Shown: positions 25,012 through 38,060 of the stretch, piece by piece | Layout of the letters: each line of letters opens with the position of its first letter | Position numbering within the stretch: position 1 is the stretch's first letter | Source: Carcharhinus longimanus | Taxonomy: Eukaryota | Length of the DNA stretch: 64,000 bases | Assembly: GCA_030264375.1 (NCBI GenBank) | Contig: JASCQW010000119.1 | Location: 8,305,190 to 8,369,189, forward strand | Direction: 5' to 3' | The notes under the pieces: model-generated | Told to the model about the DNA's origin: nothing | The model's database searches: none | What the model saw: only the letters and a program-made list of their open reading frames with translations | Made by a program: the position numbers and the translations under genes

Positions 25012-27365
25012 ATGTTAGCACGGTCAGCTCCCCGATTCTCTAAAGACGACTTGGGAAGGCTGTTGGATGCAACAGAGGCGAGGCGGGCCACATTTTCCCT
25101 CCTAGGAGGACGCAGACACAGGGGGCTGATTGCCATGCGGCTTGGGAGGTAGTCGGCGCTTCGGTCAGGACCAGAATACATCCCCACTCACCACCTCACC
25201 CACCGAACAGCGAGGCAGAGTCGAAAGAAAAACTCAATGACTTCATCTGTGCAGCAAGAGTGAGGGCTGAACCCCATTCAGCATGGTCTCCCATATCTCC
25301 CCCAGAATTAATCAGATAATTCTCCTATTTCCAGTATCCTACATGCTCCATTTCCTGACCCACAAGCACCTCCATCCTTTCCCCCCAATGAAAACCAGTG
25401 TGTTTGCCCTCTGAGGGTCGCGAACTTATTCTCTGCATGAGTCACGCCACCATGTATTTCATCTGTCTCCACAGAGGAAGGCCGAGCGCAACACTCGAGA
25501 GAGGTCGAAGACAGGGGATGGTGAATGGACCTCCATGTCCTCACCCCGTTCGAGGAACGGGCGCTGGAGCTCACCAGAGAAGGAAAGGCGCGGGCTGTCA
25601 CCGACAGCCTGCCGTCCAGATGTGAGCACCTGACATTCCTACACTCACACGAAGGCAACTTGTTGGGGCAAGGGTTCCGGGTGCAAGGGGCAAGGTGTAA
25701 AGGAGACATATTTTATTGACATTTAGGAGGAATTTTATTGACATTTAGAGGATAATCGGCGCTTGGAACTGGCTGCCGGGGAAGTCGTGGAAGCGGAAAC
25801 AATAGGGAGACGTTAGAGGCATGTCTACAGCTATCTGAATGGAATGGAAACAGAGGCATATGCGGGCAAACAAATCAGATGGGCACCTTGGTCCCTACAG
25901 GATTGGATGTCCGAAGGGCCTGTCCCTGTGATGCAATTGTCTGGATTCAATGTTCTATGTTCAAGGCATTCATGTGATTCCTGTGTGTGACATCCCGGAT
26001 TTCTATCGCTGCCTTTCAACTGAACCTCGTCCTGTGCTTCAGGGACAAATCCTGAAATCCCAGGGCCTTCTGGACCACGTGCCCCGGCTACAGCTCCCAC
26101 CCATAATGAGAGCAACAGCTCGGAAAAGTCTCCAGAGGATCTGGGTGAAGGGACAGCTGAGGGTGGCACCATTTATCCGTCAGCCTTCACCTCACAGCTC
26201 AACATCGCAGAAACATACACGTCGGTGGTCCAGTTAGTGTTGAGGCTTCTGGGTCACTCTCTGGAGAGGACAACACGTCTGCTGATGTACCGTGGGCTTA
26301 GGAGGAAAAGTCCAAGCCATTTGGCATGCGGGGGCTTGCTGGAGGTGAAGACACAGCTGGCCCTAGGCTACACGTTGGTCATCTGAGATCACTTCTCCCT
26401 CAGCTGTTGGAGATGCAGCAACAGAGCCAGGGAAATCAGGAGGGGTTAACGGCCACACTGGACCAACTGTGAGGCTGCTGGGAGGAGTCCCAAAGCTTTC
26501 AGATAGAGCAGGTCTTGCGTATCTTGCGTGCTTCGTTTGACAACACTGCATAGATGGCGCCCGCTGTGGAAATCCTATGGCAGGGGTTATTCACCATGGG
26601 TTGCAGGCTCCAAGTAGTGGCCAAGTCATAGCAAACCACAGCGGAGGGACTGAGCAGGTTTCGTGCGATTCTTCGGTCCATGGCTGAGAGGTTTACGAGC
26701 TTGCAGAAGGTCCAGAGGGACAATTCTGAGTCACTGTGGGCAATGACAGCAACCCTTGAAAAGGCGGCCCAGTCTCAGAGGGCCACAGCGAGGGCTTGCA
26801 GAGGATAGTCCAGTCTCAGAGGGCACTTGCTGCGGACATTGAGAGATGGCCCACTGCTCAAATGGACATCGCGAAGGGGTCGACCACGATGGGTAGGATG
26901 CAAATGGTCCTCCAGGACTGGTTGTGACAGGTGACACCTGAGCTTCTGGAGTTCACTGCAGAAGGACCAGTAGCCCATGAAGTGACCCAGGAGCCAGAAA
27001 GTGACCCCGAGAGAGGAGTAAGTGCACAAACCCAGGACTGGGTCTTCCAGCCAGGAGACTGTGGCTATGGCAACATATTCTGACTCTCCCCTTCCTGACA
27101 CTGGGACATCTCAGGGGCAGTGGAATGAAGAGGGTGTCATGGAAACATCCTGGACAGCTGGAAGCCAGCCAGGCCCCTCGGGATCCAGGGCCTCCAGAGG
27201 CCGCCCGCCACGCACATCACAGGCCACGGGATGAAGTCGGCAGCTGACCCCCTCCATCTCTGATGAATATTCTGGAGAGTGCCTGAGGCGTTGTGCCAGG
27301 CAGCGCAAGGCTCGAAGTTGTAGTTGCACTGAGAAGGCACGGAGAAAGAGCTGCCCTGATTATAA
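25012..27365 (+). pseudogene. Harbinger Myb/SANT-like DNA-binding protein pseudogene (exons about 25012-25259, 25475-25621, 26043-27365)
   Basis: MLARSAPRFSKDDLGRLLDATEARR...AWEVV...RTARQSRK..NDF..AAR|RKAERNTRERSKTG..DLHVLTPFEERALEL; GT-AG introns; frameshifts. Confidence 0.8.
25660..25962 (+). mobile_element. CR1 3' fragment inserted in intron 2 of the Myb gene
   Basis: aaggggcaagg..aaaggaga...tggaactggctgccgggg...gaagggcctgtccctgtg...tgttctatgttc. Confidence 0.75.
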
Positions 27366-27899
27366 AGAACCATAAGCAACGTACTGCTTTCTCGTTACAA
27401 GTATGTGAGTTTCACCAGCTTACAGGAACACCTTTATTGTAAATATATGTTTTTTTTTCGCCACAGCTACCTGCAAACAGTTGTCTTGACAATCACCCCA
27501 TGGATGTCTCATGGTGATATCAGATGCTGTGGTCCCTCAATGTGGTGTAACTAAGAAAAGGAAACCATTGGACACTCACACCCCATGAGTGATGACCTCC
27601 CGCCCTGCATCCCATTCGCACCAGGGCCTTGTATGGGGGGTTCGGTACCCTTACCCACTAGACAGTTGTGGACCCAGGTGCTAGCGTGCATGTGGGTCCC
27701 AGGCAACAGTAAGACTGAATGGCGCCAGGGCATTATGAGAATGGTGCTTAGCTCAACGTCAGCATCCTCCTGTCTGGAAAAGATATCACGAGCACCGAGC
27801 ACAAGGGCCCACCACTCTAGTGCGACAATGTAGAGGATAAATGGAAGGTAGTTCCGGGGGTGGCGGGGGTGATGGTATGGAACCCAGAATCGCCATCCT

Positions 27900-29161
27900 C
27901 GAGCGACTGAACCACCCAATGATCAGAGCCTCCCTCGCCGCTCTTCCATGCCTCACCTGAGATCCCAGCCCTGCACCATCTGACAGGCGTTTCAAGGTGT
28001 TTTCATCCTCCTCTTTCTCCTCCTCCCCTTCCTCGTCCTCCTGCCGCACATCATCTCCAGTGACAATCAGCTTATCATTCTCCACGCCCTTTTCCTCCTC
28101 CAAGATGTCACATCGCTGCAAAACTGGATTGTGCAACTTGCAAAAACCACCACTATGCAAGAGGAGATCAGCAGGCTTCACTGGAGGACCTCTCCGGATA
28201 GGTCCAGTCTCCCGAATCTCATCTTGAGGAGCTCAATGCAGCTCTCTACTGTCATGTGGGTGGCTACATGGACTTCATTATAGCCCGTCTCCGCATCAGT
28301 CACTGGCCTCCGCAGAGGCGTCATCGGCCATGTCGGAAGCGAGTAAACCATATCACCCAGAAGCCACCCCCGCAGTCTGGGCTCTCAAATACTTGCGGGA
28401 TGTCTGACCTCCTTACAATGGATTTGTCATGCAAGCTGCCTGGATGTCTCGCGCAGTCGTTCATGATTCTCATATTGTTGTCACACACAATTTGTACATT
28501 CAGGGAGTGGAACCCCTTCCTATTAACAAATTGCCGTGGATTCTGTAGGGGGCCCTGAGGGCGACGTAGGTGCAGCCGACCGCTCACTGTGCATTCAGCA
28601 CCCGCGCAATTGCAACGATCTCCACAGCCCCGGAGTCCAGATGGGCCTTTTCCAGGTTGGATTTGACGTTTTGACCAGCCTGGGCATACAGGTCTTCAGT
28701 GACCTGCTTGACACGGGTGAAGACTGAAGACAAGGATATACCACAGACATCTCCGATCGGGGTTTGGAATGCACCAGTTGCATAAAAGTTGAAAGCAGCC
28801 ATCAATCTGACAGACACTGAGAGCGGGTCCCCCCTGCCCCCGCCCCCAGCTCCGCACTTAGGAGCCTTTTCCTGCAACAGGTTGCATAGGTGTCACATGG
28901 TATCCTTTCAGAGTCAGAGACGTCGGCAGCATATGGTGTCGGACATCTCCTCGAACGGCGTTCGTGCACGAAACTGCCGAGGTTTTTGTCCCGTCCTTCT
29001 CCAAAGCCCCTGCTCTGGATGAATGATGTCCACATCCTGCCTCTAATGGTCGTCTCATTCGACTCCTCGAAATGGTCCGGCCCGCGCCTCCTGTGCCAGC
29101 AATTCTTCCTCCATTTCCTCCTCCTCAGCTCCAGCGGCAATCTGAAGAATAGCAAGATCAA
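27900..29161 (-). pseudogene. HARBI1-like (DDE_Tnp_4) Harbinger transposase pseudogene
   Basis: PLSVSVRLMAAFNFYATGAFQTPIGDVCGISLSS; FVNRKGFHSLNVQIVCD..M..CARHPGSLHD; LHN...acidic tail...GRAAREALI..FS; several stops and frameshifts. Confidence 0.93.
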
Positions 29162-29714
29162 TTAGCCCGTGCTGCCAGACAAACACTGGACATCGAGCGC
29201 AGCAACAGCTCAAGGCTCAACACTCACCTCCCCCCTCCCCCATCCCGCCCACGAAACCCTAACAATCGCAGAACTGCCACCGACCTGAGACTGCGAAATG
29301 GCCACATTAACAGGACACACTTGAGTAGCTGAGAGCTTTCGGATGCCATGCAGCGACTTCCTCGCCAACCCTCACTGAGGAAGCGCCTGATTCAGACTTT
29401 TACTTAGCAGGTCCCTAAAAGCGCTGTTACGGTTTGGTAAACGCGGTGGTAAAAAGGAGGAAATGCTGATAGAGTTGGGCGGCAGTGCATTATTTTAATT
29501 TAAATGCATGCAAATGCTTTTAAATCATCGTAGTGCCCGACTTGGGCCCGGAACGGATTCTCCTATTCGCGGGTCTCACGAAAGTGGCGATCTGGTGGAC
29601 GCGGGTGCAGATCGCGATGAAGACGTTACACCCGACTTAACCACGATTTCACACCCGAAAACGGGCGCAAATCGGTGATAAATTTGGACCGCCTTGTGTC
29701 ATTTTCAAAAGTTC

Positions 29715-30110
29715 ACACATGAGGATGGAAGATAATTTAAGATGTTGAGAGGTATTAAGATGTTGAGATGTATTTATCAAAGGGATAATCGGAAGCTTTT
29801 TTTTTACCACAGCGCTGAAATGGTTGTCACAAGAGGACACAGGTTTACGTTGCTGGGGAGTAGGTACAGTGGAAATGTCAGGGGTAATTTCTGCACACAG
29901 AAAGTGGTGGTTGCGTGGAATGGGCTGTCAGCAACGGTGGTGGAGTTTGATTCGATGGCGTTTTTTTTAAGAGATTTTTAGATCAGTACATGACATTAGT
30001 AAGATAGAGGGTAATAGGTAAGCCTAACAATCGCTAAGGTAGGGAAATGTTCGGCACAAATTTCTGTGCCGAAGGACCTGTATTGTGTTGTAGTTTTTCC
30101 ATGTTTCTAT
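29715..30110 (+). mobile_element. CR1 3' end
   Basis: TRGHRFTLLGSRYSGNVRGNFCTQKVVVAWNGL; tail ttttccatgtttctat. Confidence 0.9.
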
Positions 30111-33100
30111 AATTAGGAATGCATTTGTTTTCATTCTGATAAAGTGGGCCACATTGTTTGTTTCTTGAGAATTGTCCTGACAAAGAGTTGTTTCAAAACA
30201 GGAAAATCCAACGGTGTTCATCATAGTGGCAAAACGAACTTTGGTTTTTAAAAAAAATGAGTTGCAACATAATGCATTGCCTGTTCAGTGCTTGCTTGAC
30301 GAACAACTATCAGATTCATATGAAGATCTTAATTTGATGGTTACGTTTTATTTGTCTGTAGAAGTTGTCTGTAGCAGGAGGCATAGAAGTTACGTTATTA
30401 CAGACAACAGGATCAATTCAATCTTTAATGGTTATATATGAAGAGGTAAGTAGCTTGGAAGAATTATTGCAAAGAAACGTAGAAATATGTGAAAATGATC
30501 GTGAACCTGATTTTCTTCCACTGTGGGAAGGAAGGGTGGAGAGCATGCCGAATCGTGCATGCGATAGGATAATTACAGGAATGTTTTCTTTTCAGCGATA
30601 GATGTATCCTCAGTAGCCATAAAGGTGGATCACAGTTGAGGGAAATGCCTACTATGGTTGAGAAAGGATTTGGAAATAAGATAAGTGGCATGTTGTACGA
30701 AGCATGGGTTGGAACGTTTCCTGGCTCTCTGACAACACGATTACTTAGCGACCGAGAGAGTTCTCGAATAATTTAAACAAAACACATGACACGGTTGAGT
30801 TTCAAAGACCAGAAGCAATCTTTTACTTGATGGCAGATGAACAAAGGAACTTATGGAGGATAAAGCGGATAACTTCAGTTCGGCCATATTGGCAGAATGA
30901 CAGCAGAAAATGCAGAGAAAATGTTTGATTGGAAAACATTCTCAAAAGAAAATGCATGCACATGGGAGTGTTAGTAGGTCGATTATAAAAACTTAATCAA
31001 GAAATGGAGATGTTATATATTCACACAGAGGAAAAAATAAACATGTTGGAATTCATCAAGCTGTTTTAGAAGTGTGTTCTAGAAAGGAGGTGTTTCAAGC
31101 AACACATGAAGCCTGGCATTTCGAAGTAAGAACATCTCACGTGAAATTGCAATGAGTAAAAAAAAAACACACACACAAAAAAACACTCTTTTATTTGCCT
31201 GGGCTGTATCAAGATATAGCTGCCTTTGCTGGATATATTGCACAAACCAGTGAAAAGGAAAGTTTCAAGTGGTAAGCAAATCCATGTCCTCAATATACAT
31301 CCTGGCATTCAAGAAAATTGGTAACAACTGATTATGCAGTACGTTTCTGAAAGTGATTGAGCATTTTTTGAAAATAAGGAATGTTTCCATTATATTTCTG
31401 GGAGCAAGGTGGAGTTTGAGGAGTGGGAACATTTTAATATTCCAGACAGAAAGAAAATATATCACTTTTAATAAGAATGTTTGATCAAACTGTATAAAAT
31501 TCATAATGAACTGCCNNNNNNNNNNNNNNNNNNNNNNNNNNNNNNNNNNNNNNNNNNNNNNNNNNNNNNNNNNNNNNNNNNNNNNNNNNNNNNNNNNNNN
31601 NNNNNNNNNNNNNNNNNNNNNNNNNNNNNNNNNNNNNNNNNNNNNNNNNNNNNNNNNNNNNNNNNNNNNNNNNNNNNNNNNNNNNNNNNNNNNNNNNNNN
31701 NNNNNNNNNNNNNNNNNNNNNNNNNNNNNNNNNNNNNNNNNNNNNNNNNNNNNNNNNNNNNNNNNNNNNNNNNNNNNNNNNNNNNNNNNNNNNNNNNNNN
31801 NNNNNNNNNNNNNNNNNNNNNNNNNNNNNNNNNNNNNNNNNNNNNNNNNNNNNNNNNNNNNNNNNNNNNNNNNNNNNNNNNNNNNNNNNNNNNNNNNNNN
31901 NNNNNNNNNNNNNNNNNNNNNNNNNNNNNNNNNNNNNNNNNNNNNNNNNNNNNNNNNNNNNNNNNNNNNNNNNNNNNNNNNNNNNNNNNNNNNNNNNNNN
32001 NNNNNNNNNNNNNNNNNNNNNNNNNNNNNNNNNNNNNNNNNNNNNNNNNNNNNNNNNNNNNNNNNNNNNNNNNNNNNNNNNNNNNNNNNNNNNNNCCCCC
32101 CCCCCCCCCCCCCCCCCCCCCATACAAAGGTATCAATAACAGCTGTCAAGTAACTTATCATGGTTTATGCAACGACATGCCAGCGCCGTTGGTCGCTGCA
32201 AGAAGAAAAAAAGACAGAAAAGAAATCTTGACAACAAAATAGCCACCCTGCAATATAATTATGTTAAATAAGATTCTGTCAACTATGGTCAAAACGTAGG
32301 GCAAATGAATGAGTTAGGAAGTTAGCTTGGACAACAAACTCGATGATCCAGTTTAAATAATAATCCTTTTTTCATACGATAGCGAAAATACACATGCAAA
32401 CGTTCTAAAGTTGTCATAACTGGAGGCTCACGTGGACTGATATCCCACTCGTCAGAGGCAAAAAAAAAAGTATGGTCAAGAAAACAATAATCTGAAGCCA
32501 AAAGATAGACACCGTGGAAAGATTTTGGAGCGTAAATTTTCATAACAGAAGAGAACCTGACAGGTGAAGTGAGGTCGTTCCTGTTTAAGGAACAGGTTCA
32601 ATGTAACGATTCTGCATGTAGCTGAAGCATATGTGAAGCAAACGAAGGGCGGAATTTCTGAAAATATATCTATACGAAGTGCAAAATGCGAAGGATTAAC
32701 TGGGATTGCCGCTTTCGCGAGTCAAACAATGAAGGTAATTTGGTGAAATCAGCTAAAGAAAATCGAAAGCATATCCGATGATGTCTGTAGAAAATAATTT
32801 TAGTTTTACGCTTTACTCTCCTGATTCTGCCAATCTATCTGACGACTACAGCAGGATTAATTTGCAATCACATCGAAGGAATCTGCCGGAGTCCTAGAAT
32901 CAATGCAGGATCCAGAACAAGAGGAGAGATTTGCAGACAATTAATAAACAGCTGAACAAGAGCATACGCACAACTTAGGAAGGAAGACGTGAATTCTAAA
33001 GTGTTATCCGGACAATGATACAAACTGAGGAGGCAATGATCAGCCCTGGAGAAGAAATGCAAAATCGAAATAGTCTTAAACTTGCACAGATGAAGGAAAT

Positions 33101-33134
33101 CACATTACTTTTATAACTTTTTTTTCTTCATACA

Positions 33135-33480
33135 TGCGTTGAGCATGGGCGACGCTGTGTGGCCAGCATTTAATGCCCATTTTGTGATGGCAGAACTGAC
33201 AATTGACCACATTACTTTGCCTCAGGAGTCGCATTTGGCAAGACCAGATAACTCAGACAAATTTCTTTTTCCTGAAGGACAATTTGCGAACCCGACGTTT
33301 TTTGTATCTTTTTCCCCAACAACTTATAATGACCATCCTTAAGTTCTTAATTCGACTTCTTTTGAGTTGATTTCAGATTACACCAGCTGCAGCGGAGGGA
33401 CTCGATCCTGGGTCCCCAAACATTAGTTGACATGGTCTGCGTCAAGGTTGGAACGATAATAACAGAAGGCGACGACCTGT
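33135..33480 (-). mobile_element. Deu-domain SINE (SacSINE1-like)
   Basis: ggccagcatttaatgccca...accacatt...ggagtcgca...cctgaaggaca...gggactcgatcctgggtcccc. Confidence 0.7.
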
Positions 33481-33824
33481 GATGATACTGCACCATTTAT
33501 ATGTTTTATGATGGGGGTGGGAGCGGGGGGAGGTCGTTTATGAAACAGGTTTATTTTTCTTTTTTTTGCAGAGAGTGAAATTGTCTGATACCAATACATC
33601 AGATATTGAGAAAGCAGAAACTTACTAAGTTTTGTCATGCATGCGTTCGTTGATCAGCTTAATGAGGTGTCGTTCATTTAGACAATATGGGAAGTGCGGT
33701 ATACAAGATTAAAGTATCTTGCTGCGAGAGATTCGAGGACCGCATGTTTTGGAGGAACAATTATTGACGGTATCGGGCAAAGTGCAGAATCTTGGCGTCT
33801 CGTGTGTTCTTTATCTCTGTCTGA

Positions 33825-34050
33825 GGTGGAGATGCTGGTGTTAAACAGGGGTGAGCACCACAAGATTCCTCACAACACCAGATTAAAGTTCAAATGTTTT
33901 ATGTGGAATCACTAGTTGTCAGAGCGATGCTCCTCAGCCGTCTAATGAAAATTAAAATGACTGCAGATCTGAAAGCATCTACGTAAAAAAGTGAACGTTT
34001 TGAGTCAGAATGACCCTTCCTCACAGTGGAACTTTTCAGTATTCTAGATG
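33825..34050 (-). mobile_element. Penelope-like terminal-repeat fragments
   Basis: gtggagatgctggtgttaaacaggggtgagcac...cacaacaccagattaaagt...ggaatcactag; then gaacgttttgagtc...gacccttcctca. Confidence 0.55.
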
Positions 34051-35153
34051 CCTAGTTGCATAAAATATGTGTCTCCTCTAAGGTGATTTCCGAACTTCAG
34101 CGTGATATTTCAAAAAAACGATGATTCAAGACCAGTGGTGATGCGATGCAGCTCAGTGTCTTCCATTACATGTGAAAACACACACTTCCTATGATCTTTC
34201 GAGTGTCAATGCGGGAACGGTGAATGTGGCAGGATATTCATTGATTTATTTCATAAATTTGAATGAAATTGCAGGAGTAAGCAATTATGCATCTGCAAAC
34301 GAAGTTCTTGGTTAATATATATGGATATAAATAGAATCATGGAGAACAGCACCATGCATCTGGAGATATTGGACATAAATTGTAGATTGATGTTTTAAAT
34401 CATGTCACGGGCTTCAGCCAAGTGAAGTGAGATGCACATATCAACTTCAAAATCCGTCACAGCCATTTGGTATCCAATTTTCCTCTGTCTTTGATACAGT
34501 TGCGATGCGTTAACATTTGTCGACGTTTTGGGCAGGATTCGAAAATGTTCCTATATGAAGGAAACTCATTCTAAAATGATAACGCTTTCATCATTTTAAG
34601 GTGGGAAAGAGAGATGCGTGTTGGATTACCATTTTTTTTCACTTAGCCATGCTACTTATTTGGAAAGATGGCAAGTGCAAATTAAAAAAAAGTAAACAAA
34701 AGGGAGAAAATACGAGGAGAGGCAACGTTAAAAAGGGCCAACATTGAGTTATGGTTTATTATTTGACGTTCATTTCAACTCGATGAAAAGTCAGAGCATA
34801 TATGAATGCATTTCGTGAATGAAATAATTTGATAATACAACTGAACTGCAAATCACGTCAATGTAGAGGGGAAGAAAGTCGCATATAGGCGGGGCAATAC
34901 ACGAAGTTGTTTTCAGGTGTTTTAAGAAAGGGGGAAATGAGGCAGAAATAGCTGATTGGATGACGTTAACTATATTGAAAAAAAAATCCTGAGATTATAA
35001 CCGTAATTTTGCCAGTGATAGAAAAGAACAACGAAGAAGAGGAATCATTGATTTCATGATGATCTCGGAAAACTGGGTGTTTTCATGAATAATCTGGGCA
35101 TGTGGGAAATCGTTGAATCAAGTCATCTTTTTCTTCTCTTATTTTCTGCTTAG

Positions 35154-35177
35154 ATAATTATTTATTTAAGAATGATA
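35154..35177 (+). CDS. Micro-exon E7 (24 nt); DNYLFKND
   Basis: ctttttcttctcttattttctgcttag|ATAATTATTTATTTAAGAATGATA|gtaagt. Confidence 0.6.
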
Positions 35178-35424
35178 GTAAGTCACAACAATTTGCTGGA
35201 TGTGGGTCCTTCCGTTGCGGCCACAGAAATGTGTTTTTGAGACTTGCATAATGCGGAAGATTTGCCAGCTCAGTTAAGAACTAGACACCTTCGCAATTGA
35301 AACATGATAGATTTGCAGAAGCTGTAGGTATGTGAATATGGAAAATAAACATTAACTTTCTTCCCGGTGGCAATTTAAGCAGTAGTTAGTTTATTATTTT
35401 TTGTTATCCCTGTTGACATTGCAG

Positions 35425-35460
35425 AACTGAGCGACTGCAAAGAACTTCATTATAAATTTG
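35425..35460 (+). CDS. Micro-exon E8 (36 nt); KLSDCKELHYKF
   Basis: ccctgttgacattgcag|AACTGAGCGACTGCAAAGAACTTCATTATAAATTTG|gtgagt. Confidence 0.78.
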
Positions 35461-37029
35461 GTGAGTAAGCATTATTAATTGCACTATTCAACTTTCACAC
35501 GAATCATATTTATATATATATATATATATATATTACAGTTAAACATATGAAAAACATTTGAGATTACCAAATTGAAGTACAACTTGTTAATAGTGTATGG
35601 TTTTCTGTTCTTGATGTTGGGCATTATGTTAGCAAACGATTCCAAAATGCATATGGTGCTCAGTTCGGATGGGTTAAACCAATCCTCAACACTGTAATGA
35701 AACAAGTCATGATCTGACGCGGTAACAATAGTTTGCTACGTTTTAATAATGGTCAGGCGGAAATTCATTTGGAACATAACAGTAATTAGAATATGACCAA
35801 ATAACCAGCTCTGTGAAATATGCAGATAGAGTCAAAATGACGGAACATGTAGGAGAAGCAGCCCTCAATGTTGCACACTCAAATGCCGTGAGAAATATTG
35901 ACAGTGGAAGAAGCACATTTAGAAAAACTACAATATATTCAATTAATAGTAACATGCTTTTGTCAAAGGGAAATCATGATTGATTGATCAGCTATTTTTT
36001 TTCCTTTCTGATTAATGCAACAGCGTGGAGAGAGGGCAATACATAGTCTTAGGAGTATTTCGATTAAAACAGACATTTGATAACGTGTCACGTTTAGCGT
36101 AACTACAATAGCAAATTTTAAGTGAAGTTCTGAGGTATATAACAGCAAGCTCAAATAACTGATCCTGAACAAAGAACAGAACGAATGAATTGGGAGCAGA
36201 GACAGCATTCTGACCCTTAATAATGCTCTGCCATTAAATAAGTTCAGAGATAAAGTTGGTATTTTGTGGTATGCGCACTACCATTCAGCGTGGTATATTC
36301 GTTATCACATGATAAACACAAATAAATGTACTTAACCTTAAATCTTTATGCTGAACGAAGTTGAAAAACAGTTGGATCACAATAGTGTAAAATAAGTGCT
36401 GGAAATCGTAAATGATTTCGAAATTTGGCCCATAATCAAGAGCTTCTAAACATCTGTGAATATAGAAACGAGGCTAACGATTGCAGCTGGTATTTGCCCT
36501 GTTGAGCACTGGTTACAAGGAGCATGGTTGAATTGGAACTGAGGCATAATTAGATCACTGTCATTATTGTGGATTGGTTGTGGATGTTGGATGTGGCAGA
36601 CATCATCCATCTTATTCCATTTGTTATGTTCGTATATTGTCAGGAAATAGATCACCATTTGTAATTGGGGAAAATGGCTCAGCATCAAAACGTCCACTGC
36701 TCCACTAGATTGTAAAGCATAAATATGTTGGAGTAACCGGTTACATCTCCCAGTATTATTCACGTGTCCTGAACGTAAACAACTGAACTTGAAAAAAGGC
36801 ACGATGAATTGAATAAAAAGAAAGTTGCAAAATTGTTGCACTAAACAGTTAAACTTCCAGCTCTTTTTTTTTTCTGTTTTTGCTAAATATTTGCAATGTG
36901 TTTTCCGACGGAAATGTATCAAGAACTAAACTGCCAGTTTCTGATTGCAAACTATGACTCGTCACGATTGCTGTCAACTTCAGCATGCTGCCACAACAAA
37001 ACTTGTCTTAAAATCCCATTATTCTTCAG

Positions 37030-38060
37030 CGTTTTTGTCCAACTGTGACACCTAGGCCATCACATGTTAAGAATGCATCGGTGTCATTGATTGATAATTC
37101 CATAGCAGGTAATAAGGTCAGTGACGGTTTTCAAAGAGAAAGACTGCAACTAGCCTTTTCCTGCGAGGATCAGTGCTTGGGAACGGCTACTGACAATGCA
37201 TATAAATTGTTTGCATGGCAGAACTAAATGTAACATTTTCAAATATACTGGTGACATTTGGTGGTAATCTGCATCGTGCGGAAAACATTACAATCCAGCA
37301 AAGTAATGTGGATATGTTGAGTGAACAGGCAGACGTAAAAATGATCCATTATAATCAGAATAAATATGATGTTATCCATTTGAAACGGGAGTCAGACGGA
37401 ATTGTTGAAAACATAAAAAAGGGAAAGACAAATATCGGAAGATAAAGGCATCTGGTTGATCTTCGGCAAAAAAAAATCAACGTTTTTGGCAAGCAATGAG
37501 GAAGGCAAGTGTTATGCTTCCTTCGCTGAAAGAGAACACGTGATTTCGGCATTTATGCATAACTATATAGGGAAGAATGCAATTGTCGGATTGGAGATGC
37601 ACCAACGGTTAAAAGTATTATTGGGATTTCCGTATTTTCACATGGGGACAAATTGTGTCGGCTTCCGCATTCACTTGTACATAAATAAGAAAGAGTGGGT
37701 TAAACTCACATTGATGAAATTCGCACTGGAGTCGATTGACTCGATGCAGGAATGCTAATTCATCTGGCCGGCTTAGAGCACGGTGTTGCAGCTGGCGGTA
37801 AAAGGACGTTATTTAGCAATGAGAAAATGTGATTCGAGCCCTCTCGGATGTTCGCCGACTTCTGGAGATCTCTTTCTTCTGAAGCCATTCACGTTGATCG
37901 TTGAGTGTGTTTACACGTTGATGTGGGTAGAGTACTGGATTACACATACATCAGGTGCATGGGGAAAGGTCGGTTGAGTTGAATGGCCGGCCAAGATCAC
38001 ATTTAATGGCAGAACGTAATGACAAATGGAATGGGAATATGAGTCGGCGTTTTGGCACTG
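37030..38060 (+). mobile_element. Decayed CR1 RT to 3' end
   Basis: ORF 37215-37445 TFGG...QQSNVDMLSEQA....YNQNKYDVIHL, similar to LQRDIDRLSEWA..YNVEKCEVIHF. Confidence 0.75.

Larger units (their letters stand above)
24490..29693. mobile_element. Full-length, decayed PIF/Harbinger DNA transposon (about 5.2 kb)
   Basis: Sharp GC-rich block holding convergent Myb/SANT and DDE transposase genes; left end TAA|GGGCAATT..ACCCGATTT, right end AAATCGGT..AATTTGGACC (degenerate TIRs; right TSD not clear). Confidence 0.88.

Noticed and set aside
25831-27379. Cluster of GC-rich ORFs on both strands
   Set aside because: Explained by the frameshifted low-complexity last exon of the Harbinger Myb gene and its antisense shadows.
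30404-30445. 42-nt segment with a strong gag|gtaagt donor
   Set aside because: Has TGA in phase 1 and is open only in phase 0, which is incompatible with the array.
31265-32242. Longest ORFs in the track (200-300 aa), and similar ones at 3181-3639, 19777-20228 and 46106-46698
   Set aside because: Artefacts of N runs translated as X.
32880-33070. Purine-rich stretch with coiled-coil-like translation
   Set aside because: Stops in all + frames and no splice frame; perhaps a decayed retroelement ORF, but not assignable.
33572-33628. Strong pyrimidine tract and AG followed by RVKLSDTNTSDIEKAETY*
   Set aside because: Stop in phase 1 and no usable donor.
35319-35327. 9-nt cag|AAGCTGTAG|gtatgt, and 6-nt tag|ATTCAG|gtgagc at 45078-45083
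   Set aside because: In phase but too short, with weak tracts; expected by chance and not supportable without RNA data.
36446-36922. 158-aa minus-strand ORF
   Set aside because: No recognisable domain or splice structure; probably a chance ORF in decayed repeat sequence.
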